Of a DNA stretch of 36,193 nt, positions 35,608 through 36,193 are shown in pieces; the stretch's first letter is position 1; each line of letters opens with the position of its first letter. This DNA is from Octopus bimaculoides (taxonomy: Eukaryota): the NCBI RefSeq assembly GCF_001194135.2, contig NC_068996.1, forward strand, positions 50,996,193 through 51,032,385, in the 5' to 3' direction. The position numbers and the translations under genes were made by a program. The notes under the pieces are model-generated. The model saw only the letters and a program-made list of their open reading frames with translations, was not told where the DNA came from and did not search any database.

Positions 35608-35786
35608 TTTAATGAATTTTAATTACCTTTTTCTGATGATATCTGAAAAGAAACAGCAATTTTAGAAAAACATTAAGCAACACTAGTAATAAATCAAAAA
35701 ACATAAAAATAAACAAGCCTTTGATGGTTTTATAAATATTTCAAAATTATGATACTAGGTGTTTCCATTATTTTGTCCAACCCCTG
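34939..35786 (-). mobile_element. Tc1-family DNA transposon, 3'-truncated, with only one TIR
   Basis: The minus strand begins TA|CAGGGGTTGGACAAAATAATGGAAAC at 35786. The transposase follows at 35607. Homology ends at ...ILSD (about 34939) and no second TIR was found. Confidence 0.88.
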
Positions 35787-35819
<33 letters not shown>

Positions 35820-35831
35820 NNNNNNNNNNTG

Positions 35832-35875
<44 letters not shown>

Positions 35876-35947
35876 TGCATATACTTTTTAAAAAATCTTG
35901 ATATATAAGATTTATGAAGCAAAAAGAGTAAAATGTGTGTCCCCTTT

Positions 35948-36193
35948 CATCATCATCATCATCATCATCGTTTAACGTCCGCTTTCCATGCTAGCATGGG
36001 TTGGACGATTTGACTGAGGACTGGTGAAACCGGATGGCAACACCAGGCTCCAGTCTGATTTGGCAGAGTTTCTACAGCTGGATGCCCTTCCTAACGCCAA
36101 CCACTCAGAGAGTGTAGTGGGTGCTTTTACGTGTCACCCGCACGAAAACGGCCACGCTCGAAATGGTGTCTTTTATGTGCCACCCGCACAAGC
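35948..36193 (-). mobile_element. Young RTE LINE 3' end (continues beyond the window)
   Basis: (cat)n cgtttaacgtccgctttccatgctagc... is almost identical to 2737-2975. Confidence 0.9.

Overview
AT-rich eukaryotic (animal) genomic DNA with seven assembly gaps. The SINE, RTE-LINE and MITE families look like those of octopus (cephalopod) genomes; this is recognised from memory, not from a database search. The only host gene supported is a partial CEP170/CEP170B-like gene on the + strand. It has three internal coding exons (25170-25636, 31070-31187, 33107-33801) with canonical AG/GT sites and mutually compatible phases (1|0|1|0). No FHA-domain exon was found in the window. The rest is intron or intergenic DNA packed with transposon debris: 5'-truncated RTE LINEs on the - strand (one with a PHD-type C4HC3 finger inside the reverse transcriptase, one with C-terminal C2H2 fingers, one with a perfect 13-bp minisatellite expanded from its own ORF), a one-ended Tc1 transposase pseudogene, non-autonomous Helitrons, a Helentron/DINE-1-like element, many tRNA-headed SINEs, and a dense MITE cluster at 8.6-12.7 kb that includes GG-ended, 8-9-bp-TSD elements carrying TTAGGG repeats. 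No prokaryote-type system, CRISPR array, rRNA or bona fide tRNA gene is supported. I did not find a clearly new biological system; the findings are mostly TE-architecture oddities and gene-regulation hypotheses.
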